Made by a program: the position numbers and the translations under genes
Part shown: positions 27,979-36,859 of the stretch, piece by piece
Numbering within the stretch: the stretch's first letter is position 1
Layout of the letters: every line of letters starts with the position of its first letter
Assembly: GCA_965217585.1 (NCBI GenBank)
Contig: OZ244561.1
Coordinates: 1,408,001 to 1,472,000 of the forward strand
Origin: Candidatus Latescibacterota bacterium
GTDB lineage: Bacteria; Latescibacterota; UBA2968; UBA8231
Length of the DNA: 64,000 nucleotides
Direction of reading: 5' to 3'
The notes under the pieces: model-generated
The model's input: the letters and a program-made list of their open reading frames with translations, nothing else
What the model was told of the DNA's origin: nothing
Databases searched by the model: none

Positions 27979-29279
27979 GGCTTATACCACCATGGCATCT
28001 CAGCTAAAACTGAGGTCGTTAAGTGCCTACAGCGAAGTCGTCTGTTAAGCCAATTGTCCGTCTTGCTAGACTGAAGGCGTGTTATCAAAGCTCGACAGGT
28101 GTCCTCAGTTCCATCTTTCGGTAGCAACACCATCAGATGGTTTTCTACGGCTACTGCACCTTTACCAAGTACCAGGGTGGCTATCGCACGCTTTCCGCCG
28201 TCCGGCCTTGATGTCCTTCTGATAGCTACGAATGGCGGTTCAAAGAGACGCCCGGTAAATTTTCGCTTCTCCACGATCCGCTTTTGTTCCCCCCACGCGG
28301 GTAAAGAACGTGCGTGGATGTATCGGACTTCTGGACCCACTTCCTCGTGGCGATGTGGCACCACAGGTCCCACATGAACTGCGAATCGTCTGCCAATACC
28401 TCCGGGTTTTCTAGCACTGATTGAGACCCCTGCCTTGCCTCCCTTCTGCTCCCTAGTCTTCAGGAGGTCGAGAAGGTACACATCAACGTCAGCCCATCGG
28501 TCGAACAGGCCGAGCGGGCGCTCTCTACGAATCGCACCCAAAGTGCTGATCATGTTGCGCCAGTGTTCGTAACGACTCCCTGATCGAAGTACGTCCGGCA
28601 GGATTGCGACAATCCTGGTTCCTTCTTGGGAATCTTGAATTGCTCTCTCTGCGAACATTGCCGCAGCGCTGATCCGACCTCGCGCCCATTCGCATTCATC
28701 AGGAGCATGAGTATAACCGAACGGCGGGTTCATGATTACAACGTCAGTACGATACGAACGTTTCGAATGAGATAGGAAGTCGGCCTCGACTATCTTCGGA
28801 AACGTGCGATCAAGCACTAGACTCTCGTCACTGGGACGGACTCCACAACGCTTTGAAGCCAGCAATGCGAGTCTGACCTTCGCCAAACGGACGAAATCCG
28901 AGGAGATGTCGCAGCCAGCTAGGCATCGTCCCCAATGGTCGAGGGTTTCCCTGAACGTGTTGGAAATTGGCAGTTTCTTCGCCACAGCAAGTAGGAGGTC
29001 GCCTGCACCGCACGTTGGGTCGAGATATACTTGTTCGTAGTCCGCACCAACGTCAAGTACCTTTGCTAGCCGCATAGCCATATTGGCACCAGTAAAATAG
29101 GCCCCCTGCTCTTTCAACCGTGAATGATTCTCTTCTCGGCGGAGCATCTCTCCAGGCTCACCGTCTAGGCACATTGTCAGCTTCCGCTGCCACTCGACAG
29201 GCCTAAGAGTCTTTCGTCCCTGGGCTAGCTGCTCAAGCTCGTCAACGTATCGGCGAAATTGTCTCAATGTATTTACCAC
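27975..29279 (-). CDS. DNA amino-methyltransferase (N6-adenine type) with C-terminal TRD-like region
   Basis: GAYFT, LDPTCGAGDLL, MNPPF. Confidence 0.88.
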   Translation of the reverse strand: MVNTLRQFRRYVDELEQLAQGRKTLRPVEWQRKLTMCLDGEPGEMLRREENHSRLKEQGAYFTGANMAMRLAKVLDVGADYEQVYLDPTCGAGDLLLAVAKKLPISNTFRETLDHWGRCLAGCDISSDFVRLAKVRLALLASKRCGVRPSDESLVLDRTFPKIVEADFLSHSKRSYRTDVVIMNPPFGYTHAPDECEWARGRISAAAMFAERAIQDSQEGTRIVAILPDVLRSGSRYEHWRNMISTLGAIRRERPLGLFDRWADVDVYLLDLLKTREQKGGKAGVSISARKPGGIGRRFAVHVGPVVPHRHEEVGPEVRYIHARSLPAWGEQKRIVEKRKFTGRLFEPPFVAIRRTSRPDGGKRAIATLVLGKGAVAVENHLMVLLPKDGTEDTCRALITRLQSSKTDNWLNRRLRCRHLTTSVLAEMPWWYKP

Positions 29280-29645
29280 ACTCGGGTTTAGATACTCGAA
29301 GGATACGGCTACAAGGGTACCTACTTGAAATCGACAGGTTTCGACCTACACGTTCTCGTAATTCTTTGTTCAACAGTATGTTAGAGTTGGAAATCGTTGA
29401 AAGCGTGAACCCACTGATTGCATTATGTTTACGAAGTTACCTTCGCACTCCGCAAGCCGCAAGGTATTTCGCCTGCCGCTCGATCTCTTGAAGCAGTTCC
29501 CTCCTATACTTCTTGCGCCAAGACGCAGTAAGGCTGACGGACTTTGCGGCTCCACAAACTTGTTTACTGCGGAATATTAGTCAAGATATCCGGTATTTAT
29601 GCGAGGCCCTATACCCGTCCACTGAATTCGCGTCTCCCGACCAGC

Positions 29646-30326
29646 CTACGCCAGCTTCTCGTCAGAAGCGATGCGGCCGTCGTGGATGCGGATCATCCGC
29701 TCGGCCTGTAGGGCAATAACCGGATCGTGGGTCACCAAGAGCACGGTGTTGCCCTCCTCGTGCAAGGTATCGAAGAGAATCATGATCTCCTCGCCGGTGC
29801 TAGAGTCGAGGTTGCCAGTAGGCTCGTCGGCCAACAGCAGCGACGGCCCATTGGCTAAGGCGCGGGCAATGGCCACCCGCTGACATTGGCCGCCAGACAG
29901 CTCGGCCGGGCGGTGCGTCATGCGGTCGGCCAAGCCAACCCGCTCCAGCGCCTGCATCGCCCGTTCACGGCGCACCTTGCGACGTTGGCCATTGTAAATC
30001 AGCGGCAGTTCGACGTTTTGCAGGGCCGATGCGCGCGGCAGCAAATTGAAGGTCTGGAAGATGAAGCCAACGCGGCTGTTGCGCACTTCGGCCAACTCGT
30101 TGGCATTCATGCGCGACACATCCGTGCCGTCCATGCGATACGTCCCATCGGTGGGCGAGTCCAAGCAGCCGAGGATGTTCATCAGCGTGGATTTGCCCGA
30201 GCCAGAAGGCCCCATCAGCGCGACGTATTCATTGTCCCCAATCGCCAAATCCACCTCCCGCAAGGCGTGAACCTCCTCGGTGCCGCGCACGTAAACCTTG
30301 CTAATGCCATTCAGTTCGATCAGCAC
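29646..30326 (-). CDS. ABC transporter ATP-binding protein (LolD/MacB type)
   Basis: [35 protein letters not shown]; start GTG 30326. Confidence 0.95.
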   Translation of the reverse strand: MLIELNGISKVYVRGTEEVHALREVDLAIGDNEYVALMGPSGSGKSTLMNILGCLDSPTDGTYRMDGTDVSRMNANELAEVRNSRVGFIFQTFNLLPRASALQNVELPLIYNGQRRKVRRERAMQALERVGLADRMTHRPAELSGGQCQRVAIARALANGPSLLLADEPTGNLDSSTGEEIMILFDTLHEEGNTVLLVTHDPVIALQAERMIRIHDGRIASDEKLA

Positions 30327-30330
30327 GAGA

Positions 30331-31554
30331 TCACTCCGAGCGCAACGCATCCACCGGATCGAGCCGCGAGGCGCGGGCCGCCGGATAGATGCCAAAGAAA
30401 AGACCAATCGCAATGGACAGGACCAGCACCAGCAGCGTGGCCTCTGGCGAAACAATGCTGGGAAAGTTCAATTCGCTGTAATGGGAAATGACGCGCGCAA
30501 TGCCCTCGCCCAACCCGTATCCCGCCGCCACCCCCAGCGCTCCTCCCGTCAAGCTCAGGGCCATCGCCTCGATCACGAATTGCCACAACAGCGTCACCGG
30601 CTTGGCACCGAGGGCCTTGCGGATGCCAATCTCGCGGGTGCGCTCGGCCACCGACACCAGCAAAATGTTCATAATGCCAATGCCGCCGACCAACAGCGAA
30701 ATCCCCGCAATCCCACCCACGACCAATTTCAACAGCAAAATGATCTGCTCGACCTGCTCTAGGATGCTGCGGCCGCTGATGATCTGATAGCTAGCCTCTG
30801 GGCCGTGGCGCTTTTTGAGCGCCTTTTCAATGGCAGTGGTAATGTGGGGCACGTCTTCTTGCTCCTTGGCGTGGGCTACCATGGCTTGGATGAACTTGTT
30901 GCCGGCGAGGCGTCGCTGGGCCGTCGTCACCGGCACCAGCACTTGGTCTCCCCAGTTCTCGCCAAAGGTCTGGCGATCTTCCATGAGGCCGACGACCGTA
31001 AAGCGCTGGCCGTTGAGCTTGAGCTCGCGGCCCAAGAAGGGAGCCAAGCCAAACACCTCCTCGCGCACCTTTTGCCCAATCACGCAGACCCGGCGCAGCT
31101 TGTCCAAGTCGGCGTTGAGCAGGAAGCGACCCTCGGCAACCTGCCAGTTGTACACCTCGGCAAACTCGGGCAAGGTCCCGGCCGCACTACTCTGGTAGCT
31201 GGCCTTGCGATAGCGCAGATTGGCCCCATGCGTCATAGAGGGCAGGACCGCCGCCAAGCGGTCGGAGGATTGCTCGACTACGCGCAGGTCGTCCATAGTC
31301 AAGGGCTTAGAGCGGGGGTTGGGCACCCAGCGGCCGTCCTTGAGCTGCATGTATTGCGGCGTAATCATCACGAACTGCGCCCCGCCTAGCTTGCCGAACT
31401 CGTCAATGACAAACTGCCGCATCCCCTCGCCAATGGACACGATGCCGACGACCGCGCCGACCCCAATCATCATGCCCAGCAGGGTCAGCGCCGTGCGCAG
31501 CTTGTTGACCCATATTTGCCCGAGGGCAATGCGGATGGCTTCGAGGAAGATCAC
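30331..31554 (-). CDS. MacB/FtsX-family ABC permease
   Basis: [51 protein letters not shown]. Confidence 0.95.
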   Translation of the reverse strand: MIFLEAIRIALGQIWVNKLRTALTLLGMMIGVGAVVGIVSIGEGMRQFVIDEFGKLGGAQFVMITPQYMQLKDGRWVPNPRSKPLTMDDLRVVEQSSDRLAAVLPSMTHGANLRYRKASYQSSAAGTLPEFAEVYNWQVAEGRFLLNADLDKLRRVCVIGQKVREEVFGLAPFLGRELKLNGQRFTVVGLMEDRQTFGENWGDQVLVPVTTAQRRLAGNKFIQAMVAHAKEQEDVPHITTAIEKALKKRHGPEASYQIISGRSILEQVEQIILLLKLVVGGIAGISLLVGGIGIMNILLVSVAERTREIGIRKALGAKPVTLLWQFVIEAMALSLTGGALGVAAGYGLGEGIARVISHYSELNFPSIVSPEATLLVLVLSIAIGLFFGIYPAARASRLDPVDALRSE

Positions 31555-32780
31555 GAGCGGCGCAGCGCCTCTACCGGATCGAGCCGGGCAGCGCGAAAGG
31601 CGGGATAGACGCCGAAGAAGATGCCGACGGCCGATGAAAAGCCGACGGCCCAGAGCACGGACTCAGCCGAGACAATGCTGGTAAAAGGCGCGCCGGGCGC
31701 GAGTTGCTGAATAACGAAGGCCGCTCCCAAGCCCAAGCCCAAGCCGCTGAGGATGCCCAACAGGCCACCGACCATGCTCAAGACTACGGACTCGGCGAGG
31801 AACTGACCGAGGATGTGGCGCGGCTTGGCGCCGAGGGCCTTGCGGATGCCAATCTCGCGGGTGCGCTCGGCCACCGACACCAGCAGGATGTTCATAATGC
31901 CAATGCCCCCGACCAACAACGAAATCCCCGCAATCCCACCGCCCACTTGCTGCAGGACGCGGAAGAACTCATTGGCATTGTCTATCTCTCCTTGGCTGGT
32001 TTCCACCTCAAACTCGTCGCCGTGCTCGTGGTGCCGCCGGAGGACGCGGCGCACCGCAGTGACGACCCGCTCGACGTCATCCAAATCCTCGACGAAAAGC
32101 GTGAGTTCCGAGAAGTGATCCACGCCCCGCAGCCGCTTTTGGGCCGTGGTGTACGGGACCAACACTATATTGCCCTCACTCCTGCCAAAGCGGACGCGCT
32201 CGTCGAGCACGCCAATGACCACATAGCGATCGCCGTTGAGCAGGATTTCCTTGCCCAGCGGGTCGGCCTCCTGAAAGAGGTCTTTATGTACATCACCGCC
32301 GAGCAGGCAAACCTTGCGGGCGAGGCGCAAGTCTAACGCGCTCAGGGGCCGGCCGCCGAGCACGGGCCAGTTGAAGCCCTCGTTGAACGCAGCGGATGTG
32401 CCCTTATAGCTCGCATCCACCGTGGTTTTGCCGCGCTGTAGGGAGGCACTGCCTTGAACCCCGGGCACGAGCGCGTGCAGCCCGTCGATTTCCCGCTGCA
32501 TGGCCACCATGTCGGCCTCGGTCAAGTACTCCTGCCAAGGGCGGCGCACCCAGCGGCCATCCTTGCGCACCCACTGACGCGGCGGCTCCACCTTGATCAT
32601 GCCCGCCCCGCCGCTGAAGACAAACTGCGAGATCACTTGGCGGCGCAATCCCTCCCCCAGCGACACCACGGCAATAATGGCCGCCACGCCAATGACAATC
32701 CCCAACAGCGTCAGCAGCGAGCGCAGCTTGTGCGCCCTAAGCTGACCCAAGCCGGCGAAGAGGGGTTCGAGAAGGGTCAT
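31551..32780 (-). CDS. MacB/FtsX-family ABC permease (paralogue)
   Basis: Same motifs as the neighbouring permease. Confidence 0.95.
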   Translation of the reverse strand: MTLLEPLFAGLGQLRAHKLRSLLTLLGIVIGVAAIIAVVSLGEGLRRQVISQFVFSGGAGMIKVEPPRQWVRKDGRWVRRPWQEYLTEADMVAMQREIDGLHALVPGVQGSASLQRGKTTVDASYKGTSAAFNEGFNWPVLGGRPLSALDLRLARKVCLLGGDVHKDLFQEADPLGKEILLNGDRYVVIGVLDERVRFGRSEGNIVLVPYTTAQKRLRGVDHFSELTLFVEDLDDVERVVTAVRRVLRRHHEHGDEFEVETSQGEIDNANEFFRVLQQVGGGIAGISLLVGGIGIMNILLVSVAERTREIGIRKALGAKPRHILGQFLAESVVLSMVGGLLGILSGLGLGLGAAFVIQQLAPGAPFTSIVSAESVLWAVGFSSAVGIFFGVYPAFRAARLDPVEALRRS

Positions 32781-32821
32781 CAGTGTTTTTCATCCTTCGG
32801 GTCGAAGATGTTAAAGTGCTA

Positions 32822-32958
32822 ACTGATGTTACGCAGCTTTGTGCAGCGTCTGCCGCTTGCTACCACCGACCCGGTGTCATTCCCGCGCAAGCGGGAATCC
32901 AGGGGGCGGTCATTCATCGAGCTACCGCTACCGGCTGTCAGAACTGCGTAACGTCAGG
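32822..32958. mobile_element. MITE, 137 bp
   Basis: TIRs ACTGATGTTACGCAG and CTGCGTAACGTCAGG; 5-bp TSD TGCTA; internal GTCATTCCCGCGCAAGCGGGAATCCAG palindrome. Confidence 0.8.
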
Positions 32959-33038
32959 TGCTAAAGATAAGTTAGATGAATCACAATCCCAAAACGACAC
33001 CGAGAATTCTGCTGCTGCTAATTTGCACTACCAATTTG

Positions 33039-33076
33039 CATTGACTAAATTTATTCATCGTCCATTGACTAAATTT
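33039..33076 (+). promoter_or_regulatory. Tandem 14-bp direct repeat (candidate operator/promoter)
   Basis: CATTGACTAAATTT at 33039-33052 and 33063-33076, each containing a TTGACT -35-like hexamer. Confidence 0.55.
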
Positions 33077-33103
33077 TTACAATAAACGTAACTACATATA
33101 TCA

Positions 33104-34489
33104 ATGAACTTAGAAGAATTCCAAATTCACAATAGCCATCTCGACGGCACCTTTTCCGACCTCGACCCGCACCTCAGACGCCTGCGCGATCAGCCCCTAA
33201 TCTATCGCTTTCCCCTCCTCGACCGCCTGCCGCGCAACCAGCCAGGCATTTACACTGTGGGCGGGGGCCGCCAGATTGGCAAGACGACCCTACTCAAACA
33301 GTGGATGGCCGACCTGCTGGCAACCGGCCTTGACCCAGCCCGTCTGCGCTTTTTCACCGGTGAACTCATCGACGATCACCACGCGCTAGTGCGCTTGGTA
33401 TCGACTCTACTGCGAGAAATGCCCACCGAGGACCGGCGCTATGTCCTGCTCGACGAAGTGACCTATATCGCCGGTTGGGACAAGGGGATCAAGTACCTCG
33501 CCGACGCCGGCTTACTCGAAGGCGTCGTGCTCATTGCGACCGGCTCGGACATGGCGGTCATCCAAGAGGCCCGCATGCGTTTTCCCGGCCGCAGAGGGCA
33601 AGCCGCGGCCGTTGACTTTCACCTCCATCCCCTCAGCTTTGCCGCGGCCGTGGGGCTAAAGCGCTCGCTGAGCAACCAAGAGTTGCTACAATTAGCACAG
33701 CCTAGATCGCCGCTATCCGCAGAAACCGAGCAAGTCCTGCGCGAGGAATTTCTCGCCTATCTAGTCCACGGCGGCTTTCTCACCGCCATTAACGATATGG
33801 CCCGCCACGACCGCATCCTCCCGGCCACATTCGCCACGTACAGCGACTGGATACGCGGCGATATGCTCAAACGCGGCAAGCAGGAACACTATTTGGGCGA
33901 AGTGCTGGCCGCCATTGTCCGCTGCTGCGGCACCCAGACCACTTATAACGCCTTGGCCCGCACACTCAGCATAGACCATCCCGCTACCGTGAGCGACTAT
34001 GTCGCCCTGCTCACCTCTATGGATGTCCTCCGCGTCCAGCCGGCCCTGCGCGAGGACAAGCTGACCGGTGCGCCGAAAAAGGCACGCAAAATCAGCTTTT
34101 GCGATCCCTTCATTTTTCACGCCGTGCAAAGCTGGCTGCACGCGGCGCAGGACCCTTTCGCCGCCCAAGTGCGCCCCCTCCTCGCCGACCCCGAGCGCAC
34201 CGCCCCCTTAGTAGAAGCCTGCGCCGTTGCCCATTATAGCCGTCGCTATCCCACCTACTATATCAAAGGCGAGGGCGAAGTGGATATCGCCTATGTAAAA
34301 GACGGTCGTTTTTGGCCCGTGGAAATCAAGTGGACGGGCCAGTTGCGGCCTAAGACGCTCAAACAGATAGGCAAGTACGCCAACAGCCGCGTCCTCGCCC
34401 GCCGGAGTGCGCCGGCGAGAATAGGAGATATTCCCGTCGAGTTCCTGCCCCAGACCCTGTTGCGCCTAGACCTAGAGGCGCGGCCTTAA
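33104..34489 (+). CDS. AAA+ ATPase (AAA_14 / DUF4143 type) with C-terminal PD-(D/E)xK-like motif
   Basis: GGRQIGKTT, LLDEV, ATGS, HGGF, EVDI...VEIKW. Confidence 0.88.
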   Translation: MNLEEFQIHNSHLDGTFSDLDPHLRRLRDQPLIYRFPLLDRLPRNQPGIYTVGGGRQIGKTTLLKQWMADLLATGLDPARLRFFTGELIDDHHALVRLVSTLLREMPTEDRRYVLLDEVTYIAGWDKGIKYLADAGLLEGVVLIATGSDMAVIQEARMRFPGRRGQAAAVDFHLHPLSFAAAVGLKRSLSNQELLQLAQPRSPLSAETEQVLREEFLAYLVHGGFLTAINDMARHDRILPATFATYSDWIRGDMLKRGKQEHYLGEVLAAIVRCCGTQTTYNALARTLSIDHPATVSDYVALLTSMDVLRVQPALREDKLTGAPKKARKISFCDPFIFHAVQSWLHAAQDPFAAQVRPLLADPERTAPLVEACAVAHYSRRYPTYYIKGEGEVDIAYVKDGRFWPVEIKWTGQLRPKTLKQIGKYANSRVLARRSAPARIGDIPVEFLPQTLLRLDLEARP

Positions 34490-34491
34490 TA

Positions 34492-34714
34492 CCTGATGTT
34501 ACGCAGTCGTTATCGTCTGCGGCTTCCTGCCGTCCTCCAATTGTCATTCCCGCGAAAGCGGGAATCCAGCTCCACGCACGATGCGGAATACGGCGCACTC
34601 AATCGAGTCGTCGAGTCGCTCAGCGGTTCGACGGAGCGCACCGAAGCCCGAACCGCCGAGGGGTACTCTGGATGCCTGCTTTCGCAGGCATGACAAAAGC
34701 TGCGTGACATCAGT
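34492..34714. mobile_element. MITE, 223 bp, same TIR family as 32822-32958
   Basis: TIRs CCTGATGTTACGCAG and CTGCGTGACATCAGT; 5-bp TSD TAATA; two oppositely oriented REP-like palindromes inside. Confidence 0.8.
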
Positions 34715-34742
34715 TAATACCTAGGACGATCAAGGGCGGTCA

Positions 34743-36056
34743 TCAGCGTTCCTCGTCCTCGTCCTGCTCCTCGTCCTGCTCCTCGTCCTTGTCCTTGTCC
34801 TCCAGTTTGCTGCGAATGACGCTTGGGTCTTCGGCGACGCGGTCGCCGCTAGCGAGGCCGGAGAGGATTTCGAGGCGGGTCGAAGTCTCAATGCCGATGG
34901 TCAATTCCACCTCGGCGAAGGCGCTGAGCGGCAGTTGCAGCGCGCTGTCTGGGCGCGTGCTATCCGGGCGCGTGCTGTCCGGAACGGCGGCTAACGAATC
35001 CGGCGACTGGGCGACATACGCGACAAAGCGACCGGGCGTGCCCTCGCCGCGCTCGTCTTCTTCGTCCTCGTCGTCAAAGACCTCCAGCACCCGCTCGACC
35101 GGCAGGTACACCGCGCTGTCGCGGCGCGCAAAGAGAATGTCGATGTCGCAGGACATGCCCTGGCGCAAACGCGGCGCGTGGTCGGTAATCTCGATCTCGG
35201 TGTCAAAGGTGACGATGGTGCTGCCCTGCTTCTGCTGGCCCACCGGCGCGACCCAGCGCACCCGGCCGCTATACGTGGTGTCGGGATACGCATCCACGAC
35301 CATGTTCACGTCTTGGCCGACCTGCACCCGGCCAATGTCGATTTCCGCGATGTCGCCGCGCACGATCATCTGGCTGGGGTCGCCGATTTCAAAGAGTACC
35401 GTTCCGCCGGAATACGACGAGAGTCCAGAGGCCACCACCTCGCCGATTTCTACGTTGCGGCGGATGACAATGCCGTCGATCGGGGCGAGGACGCGCATCT
35501 CGTCGAGCGCGACTTGGTCTTGCCCGAGTTGGTCGCGGTGTAGGTTAGCCTTGGCTTCGAGCATGTCGAGTTCGAGCTGGGCCAAGCGCAGGCTAGTGCG
35601 CACGCGCGTCAGACGCACCTCGGCTTCCTCAAACTGCTTGGCCGGCACCATCTTGCTGTCGAAGAGGGCCTTCTGGCGCGCGAAGTTGCGCTCCTCTTCC
35701 GCCAAGTTGATCTTGCCCTGCTCCACACCTGAGCGCTTCTGATATAATTGCAGCGATTGATTGGGGTCTGGCTCGATGACGACCATCAGCTCACCCGTCT
35801 CCACCCACGCGCCGGCCTCGATGGGCAAATCGCGGATTTCGCCGGCAATCGTCGATTTGACCTCCACGGTCCGCACCAGCTCAATGCGGCCCGTTTCGGC
35901 TAGCTTATCGACGACCGCGCCCCGCTCGACTAGCGCAGTGGCATAGGTCTCTTCGGCCTTTTCTTGCCGCAAGTTGAAATAGACCGCAGCCCCGACCGAG
36001 CCGGCCAAGAGCAAGAAGACGAAGAGCTTCAAAAGGCCGCGCTTCTTGGTCGCCAC
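34743..36056 (-). CDS. Periplasmic adaptor (membrane fusion protein)
   Basis: N-terminal TM, VEVKSTIAGEI, APIDGIV, IAEIDIGRVQVGQ, LRQGMS. Confidence 0.9.
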   Translation of the reverse strand: MATKKRGLLKLFVFLLLAGSVGAAVYFNLRQEKAEETYATALVERGAVVDKLAETGRIELVRTVEVKSTIAGEIRDLPIEAGAWVETGELMVVIEPDPNQSLQLYQKRSGVEQGKINLAEEERNFARQKALFDSKMVPAKQFEEAEVRLTRVRTSLRLAQLELDMLEAKANLHRDQLGQDQVALDEMRVLAPIDGIVIRRNVEIGEVVASGLSSYSGGTVLFEIGDPSQMIVRGDIAEIDIGRVQVGQDVNMVVDAYPDTTYSGRVRWVAPVGQQKQGSTIVTFDTEIEITDHAPRLRQGMSCDIDILFARRDSAVYLPVERVLEVFDDEDEEDERGEGTPGRFVAYVAQSPDSLAAVPDSTRPDSTRPDSALQLPLSAFAEVELTIGIETSTRLEILSGLASGDRVAEDPSVIRSKLEDKDKDEEQDEEQDEDEER

Positions 36057-36057
36057 C

Positions 36058-36747
36058 TCAACCTCCAGGGTTGAGGGTGCTGAAGAATGCACCGATGGCG
36101 AGGAAGAGCAGCGTGATGGCTGCAACGCCCGCATAGGCGCGGCTGCGCTCTACCTGCCCGACGATAGCTAAACCGAGGCCGGCGATGACCACCATCCAGA
36201 CGACAAGGGGATCAATGGAGCTCAATAAAGCTCCCCCGAAACTTTTTCGGGCCTCCTCGGAAAGGAACATCCCCAACCCTATCTGCACATTCATCGTCTC
36301 ATTGGCCAAGACCAGCGGCGTCTTGACAACATGCTGGATAATGGCAATCAGCGACGTGTACGCTACTATGGCCAAGCACTGACCATAGCCGAGCAAGCCG
36401 CCGAGTAATTTGCCTACCAAGAGGTAAATCGCAGCACCAATAAAGAGCATGACAAACGTCATAACCGGCGCGGCAACCAGCCCGCTGATCCGTATGGCGT
36501 CTCCAGTGCCCTCCACACTGGGCTGTTCCGCGGGCGTCTGTTCCCGTATCTGCTCCATCATCTCGGCCACGTAGATAGGCGAGGTTAAATACGTGGAGAT
36601 GAAGATCACCACCGCGACTATAACGGTCGGCAGCAGCCAGTCGGCGGCACTGCGCTGCTCGGCTACGGCCTCAAAGGTCTCGGATGGAGCGTAGAAGACG
36701 CGCAACATGCGGCCGACGACGCTCATTTCTGCTTGGGGAGCTTCCAT
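36058..36747 (-). CDS. Yip1-family membrane protein
   Basis: VFYAPSETFEAV, five hydrophobic segments, SIDPLVVW. Confidence 0.8.
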   Translation of the reverse strand: MEAPQAEMSVVGRMLRVFYAPSETFEAVAEQRSAADWLLPTVIVAVVIFISTYLTSPIYVAEMMEQIREQTPAEQPSVEGTGDAIRISGLVAAPVMTFVMLFIGAAIYLLVGKLLGGLLGYGQCLAIVAYTSLIAIIQHVVKTPLVLANETMNVQIGLGMFLSEEARKSFGGALLSSIDPLVVWMVVIAGLGLAIVGQVERSRAYAGVAAITLLFLAIGAFFSTLNPGG

Positions 36748-36859
36748 GGCGGTTCCTTTGTGGGGGTGAAGGTTTTTCGCCTCTAGCGGCGAATGCTCCG
36801 TCCATTGAAGCAAACTAACGATTGCCTATCACAGTTCCAAACAAAGTCCCAGAGGACCG

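Noticed and set aside
29280-29640. Short ORFs upstream of the MTase as a fifth gene or controller protein
   Set aside because: No HTH or other motif and no convincing start/RBS; probably promoter region or decayed sequence.
34743-34990. Short tandem repeats in the adaptor gene (PDSTR x2, DEEQ x2)
   Set aside because: In-frame low-complexity linker and tail; not a CRISPR array or contingency locus.
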